Assembly: GCA_000708835.1 (NCBI GenBank)
Contig: DF236954.1
Location: 1-64,000 of the forward strand
Origin: Klebsormidium nitens
Lineage: Eukaryota; Plantae; Klebsormidiophyceae
Direction of reading: 5' to 3'
DNA: 64,000 nt
Below are positions 60,435-64,000 of the stretch, piece after piece (position 1 is the stretch's first letter; each line of letters opens with the position of its first letter). The translations under genes were made by a program, and so were the position numbers. A model generated the notes under the pieces. It did not search any database. It was not told the origin of the DNA and saw only the letters and a list, made by a program, of their open reading frames with translations.

Positions 60435-63400
60435 TCATGCAGAAGCGGACTGGCCCCAGCCAACACTGGACCGAGTCTGAGACCTGTCAATGCTGCCGGT
60501 TGTAGTTCGTAGCAAGTGCGCATTCTTTTTCACTGCTGCCGCCGTTGTGCATAGCACGCACCTAAGCCCCTCATCCCCATCCTTTCCTAAGCCCTCTTCA
60601 GAGGCGGCTTTGCCCCGCTTTTCCGACTCCGACAAGCAACTCAAGTGGTAGGCATGCCAGCAGAAGAAGACGACTACGTCTCCGTCCTTTACGCTGATCG
60701 GCTCTAGGCAGATCGAGCACCGCCCGGGCTTATTGCCACCCACTTTCTTCTTACTAGCGTCCTTTGTCTGCACAGGGGCAGGCTTTGCGGTGCCCATGAA
60801 AGCGTCGAACGAGAACGCTCCAAAGACTTCGGAACCCTCGTCTGACGGGAGCAGTGGTAGCCGGTCGAGCTCGTCGGAGGAGACGGTGGGCGGGGGGAAG
60901 AAACCGGGCAGGTTCAGAAGGGAGGAAGCGCCAGTGGTTGCAGGCGGTTCAGGAGCAACTGGGGTAGCGGGGTCGGGGTCGCCGACACGGACGGCATGGC
61001 GGGCCTCGTTGTAGAACTTGATCAGCAAGGCAACGCAGTCAGACTGCGGGGAAGAACGCAGTCCTTCTGAGAACGAGGCCCAACCAGACTCATCGACTTT
61101 GCTGCATCTGGAAACGGATTCTGACTCCCAACTGAGTCCAAATTAAACGACTCCCAACTGAGTCCAAAATAACCTAGCCCGCAGCAGTTGCTTACTGTTG
61201 AGAAGCTTTCAGCTACTACAATCTTCCAGGTACAAAGGCTGACGAGAGTCGGGCTGCACAAGTATCTACATCGATTATTGTGACCGGACAACCCAAGCCA
61301 AGCAGCTCAGAACTGTCAGGTGGTGGTGGATCCGTCAGCCCGAAACGGACTGGGGACAGCTCCAGTTGCCCTCTTAAGAGACACGACAACCGGCTCCAAC
61401 TCAAACGACTCGCTACTGTGGTCACAAGCATTCCACAGCTCAGCAACGAATTACAGCCCTACCTGGAGAATGTTATTGCAGCCCTCTCGCAGGCTCGTCT
61501 CGGTGCGGTAATCCGAGATGATGCGCGCCAACCGGTCCCTCAACCGGGGGATCGCCATGCCACGTGGCACCCGGTTGATGAGCCCCAGCGGATCGATGTT
61601 GCCCACCGTGTGCTCTAACAGCGCCCCGACCATGCCCGGGTCGTGCAGACTGTGCGAGATGAGCTCCTCCCAAAGCTCGTCGTCGTGCTGAGACGACACG
61701 AACTCGATCGCCTGGGGAAATCCACCGGATGGAAATCAGTAGGGAAAGAAGCGTGTCTAGATGCACCAGGATGAATACTAATGGTGGGAAAAGACGAACC
61801 CAACCACCTCACTACACCCGAGGGTCTGTCGAGAGACCTGGTGACTGGCCGGTCTGCCGCGAGGAGTATTCAGAGGAGCAGTGAGTCAGTCCAAAAGAGT
61901 TCCCGTTGAGAGGAAGGATCATTCAGTGTCGGAAGTCCGTCACAGAAACGCTGCTGTGAGGCGCTTCGACAGGGTTTCAGCTTGTTAATGGAAGGGCTTC
62001 GGAAGAACGATTGCGGATATCCTCCAAACTTCCATTACGCTCGTCCTTCCTCAGCAAGATCTGCAGCTCCATTGTAGCGGTAGTAAGCGGGATCCAAAAG
62101 TTTCTGAAAAACAGTCGAGCAATCATTAGCCCGACACCTGGTGCCCTCGATATCGGCCCCAATCCTCACCGGTCAAGATGTGGCAACGATCCACCTTGAT
62201 ACGAGGGACACTTTGGGTCACGATCGAGTCAGAGGATAACCTGGCGAGCATGAGACATTCGGCAAGCCTTAAGAAATCAATGATTTGAAAAAGACAAAAG
62301 TACGCCAAGATTTTCCTAACGAACCCAAAAAAAACCTGACCCAGAAACTTACCTGCTCCGCACCCCTACCCACCCTACCCGCCAAACTAAACCGACCCGT
62401 TTCAGTGTTGTTACCTTATTATGATCTCGGCTTATTCTCATCTCTCTTGAGTTCGATCAAAAATCACCTGCTCCATGTCGTGCAGCTCTTCGATGATGAG
62501 CCCCAGAGCCTCTCGCGCGTTGCCCATCCGCCCCAGGATGAACACCACCTCGCGCGTCAGGCCGCGCGCCTTGCACGTCTCGTACGCCTTTTCCAGCGGG
62601 TAGAAGCTGCTGCTTCGCAGAAACGGCAGCAGGAAGCGAGGCTCGTAGTCCGCGTACAGCTCGACCTGGGCAGTAATAACGTGCAGGCTTTCATGCGACA
62701 GTACATTTTCAGATTCTATGATCTAGAGCCGTGAAAGTTTTGAATCGAAGGTGGAGTAACAATGGCTAGCAGAAGCGGTCCCTAATCCTTCCCGGTTCGT
62801 GGCGTGGCCGGATGCTTTCCCAGGACACCGAAAAGTAACTTTGGGACTCGTTCTTTTTGTTGTGACCCAAAAACTTCAACGCAAAGTCGGGAGCAAACGT
62901 TCTGAATCTTGTTCAACCTTGGACCTTGGGCAAACGCTGAACCACGGTTGATTAGCAGTTTACCGGTCATACGTCAGCAGGTTTAACACCATTGGGTCGC
63001 GAATAATCGAACTCGCTTCGAGCCCTCTTGAGTGAGAGTTCGGGAGAGGCATCGTGACTCTTGACACTGAAGAGAAGAGCGGCGAAAAGTGTTCGGATCT
63101 CAGAATCCGTATCCTTGAACACACAATTCGAATGCTTGTTCCAGTTCGGAGTGTCGAGAATCAAGCATACTGCCAGCTACAAATATGGAGAGCACCGCCG
63201 AGAAAACACAAGTTGGGCGTCACATGGATGCGCCATCAAGACCTCGGGCCCTACCTGCATCCCGTGGTACTCTTTCCCCGCCGTCATGTCCACTTCAAAC
63301 AACCCGTGCAGATACAAATGCAGCAGCTTTCGCAGGTCCCGCCTGGACCTTCCGCCCTTGGGACCCGCTTGGCTTCCCCCGGGGCTGCTTTCGCCAGAGG

Positions 63401-63539
63401 GGGCGGCTAGACCCGCCCGCTTTTGGCGGCGCATTTCGTGCTGGATCTGGGAGACGACGTCCGAGGGGGGGATGTCCGCGCGATGTTGAACTAGCATGGT
63501 GACCGCGCGGGGGGCGTCGAGCTTCAGCAGCGGGAGGGC
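60435..63539 (-). CDS. VPS41: Vacuolar protein sorting 41 (HOPS subunit), 3' portion; 5' exons lie beyond the window
   Basis: Exons: LLKLDAPRAVTMLVQHRADIPPSDVV...LHLYLHGLFE...YHGMQ/VELYADYEPRFLLPFLRSSSFYPLEKAY...EVVFILGRMGNAREAL/AIEFVSSQHDDELWEELI...IPRLRDRL..IISDYR/...RING-H2 CSIC...FFCWHAYHLSC...CVLC. Confidence 0.93.
61123..61168. repeat. 20-bp direct repeat x2 in a VPS41 intron; each unit is a GACTC-N6-GAGTC mini-hairpin
   Basis: GACTCCCAACTGAGTCCAAA at 61123 and 61149. Confidence 0.8.
62318..62400. repeat. Second copy of the C/A-rich core of the 18.8-19.0 kb element, inside a VPS41 intron
   Basis: AAAAACCTGACCCAGAAACTTACCTGCTCCGCACCCCTACCCACCCTACCCGCCAAACTAAACCGACCCGT aligns with ~18905-18976 AAAAACCTAACACAAATAATCACCCGCTCCGCACCCTAACCCACCCTAACCACCATACCAACCCCACCCGT. 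Confidence 0.7.
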
Positions 63540-64000
63540 CTGTAGAGGGAAAGTGAAAAGATAAGAACGACGCCGTTTGCGGTAGGTCACGTGGGGAAAG
63601 GTTGGTAAAAATCTGCTCGTAGAATCCCGTTCGCGCCAAAAGAATGAGTAGGAAACGAAGGGAAACCCGGTGGATGGACACTACAAGCGGTCGGCTGATT
63701 TTTTGGTCAGACGTATGGCCAGCATGAAGTGTTGGAGAACCACAGATTACACGAAGGGGTTGCAGGACCTCTTCATACTGCAGTGCTGCCCCTGCCTTTC
63801 TTCCGGCAGGCTGCTTAACACATGTGTACGTCTTAGATACACAATTCGTGACCCTGAGGCGGTAATGCTCGAGTGTAGAGTGAAGAAGAAAGAGCGTTGT
63901 GGCAAGGCCGCGACGGCAAGCGTACTTTGGATTTGAAGACTGACTCAGAAACTTTTCTGGAGCGGAGTAGTCAAGCAGAGCAAGGAGAAACAAGTCCAGC

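Overview
Eukaryotic nuclear DNA with GT-AG introns and roughly 50-55% GC (estimated by eye). The gene set and intron style point to a streptophyte green alga or early-diverging plant; a Klebsormidium-like charophyte is my inference, not a verified assignment. From about 23.6 kb to 64 kb the window is a compact run of spliced genes: a SAM-dependent methyltransferase, a thylakoid CYP28-like cyclophilin, a low-complexity protein with a C-terminal Zn finger, SEX4, LSM1, a CASP-like protein, ELF1, a SUVR3-like SET protein and the 3' part of VPS41. From 1 to 23 kb it is accessory-like: degraded ORFs, a SKOR/GORK-type ankyrin pseudogene, a divergent PP4R3-like gene, an F-box gene, fold-back elements and a MITE-like element. 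The standout signal is a pair of tRNA-Ala-like genes (6889-7062 minus, 17602-17838 plus). Both keep the acceptor stem (G3:U70), D arm and T arm with Pol III A and B boxes, but the anticodon loop is replaced by a multi-hairpin insert whose length differs between copies, an architecture reminiscent of tmRNA. Exon boundaries were read by eye and 5' ends are often uncertain.
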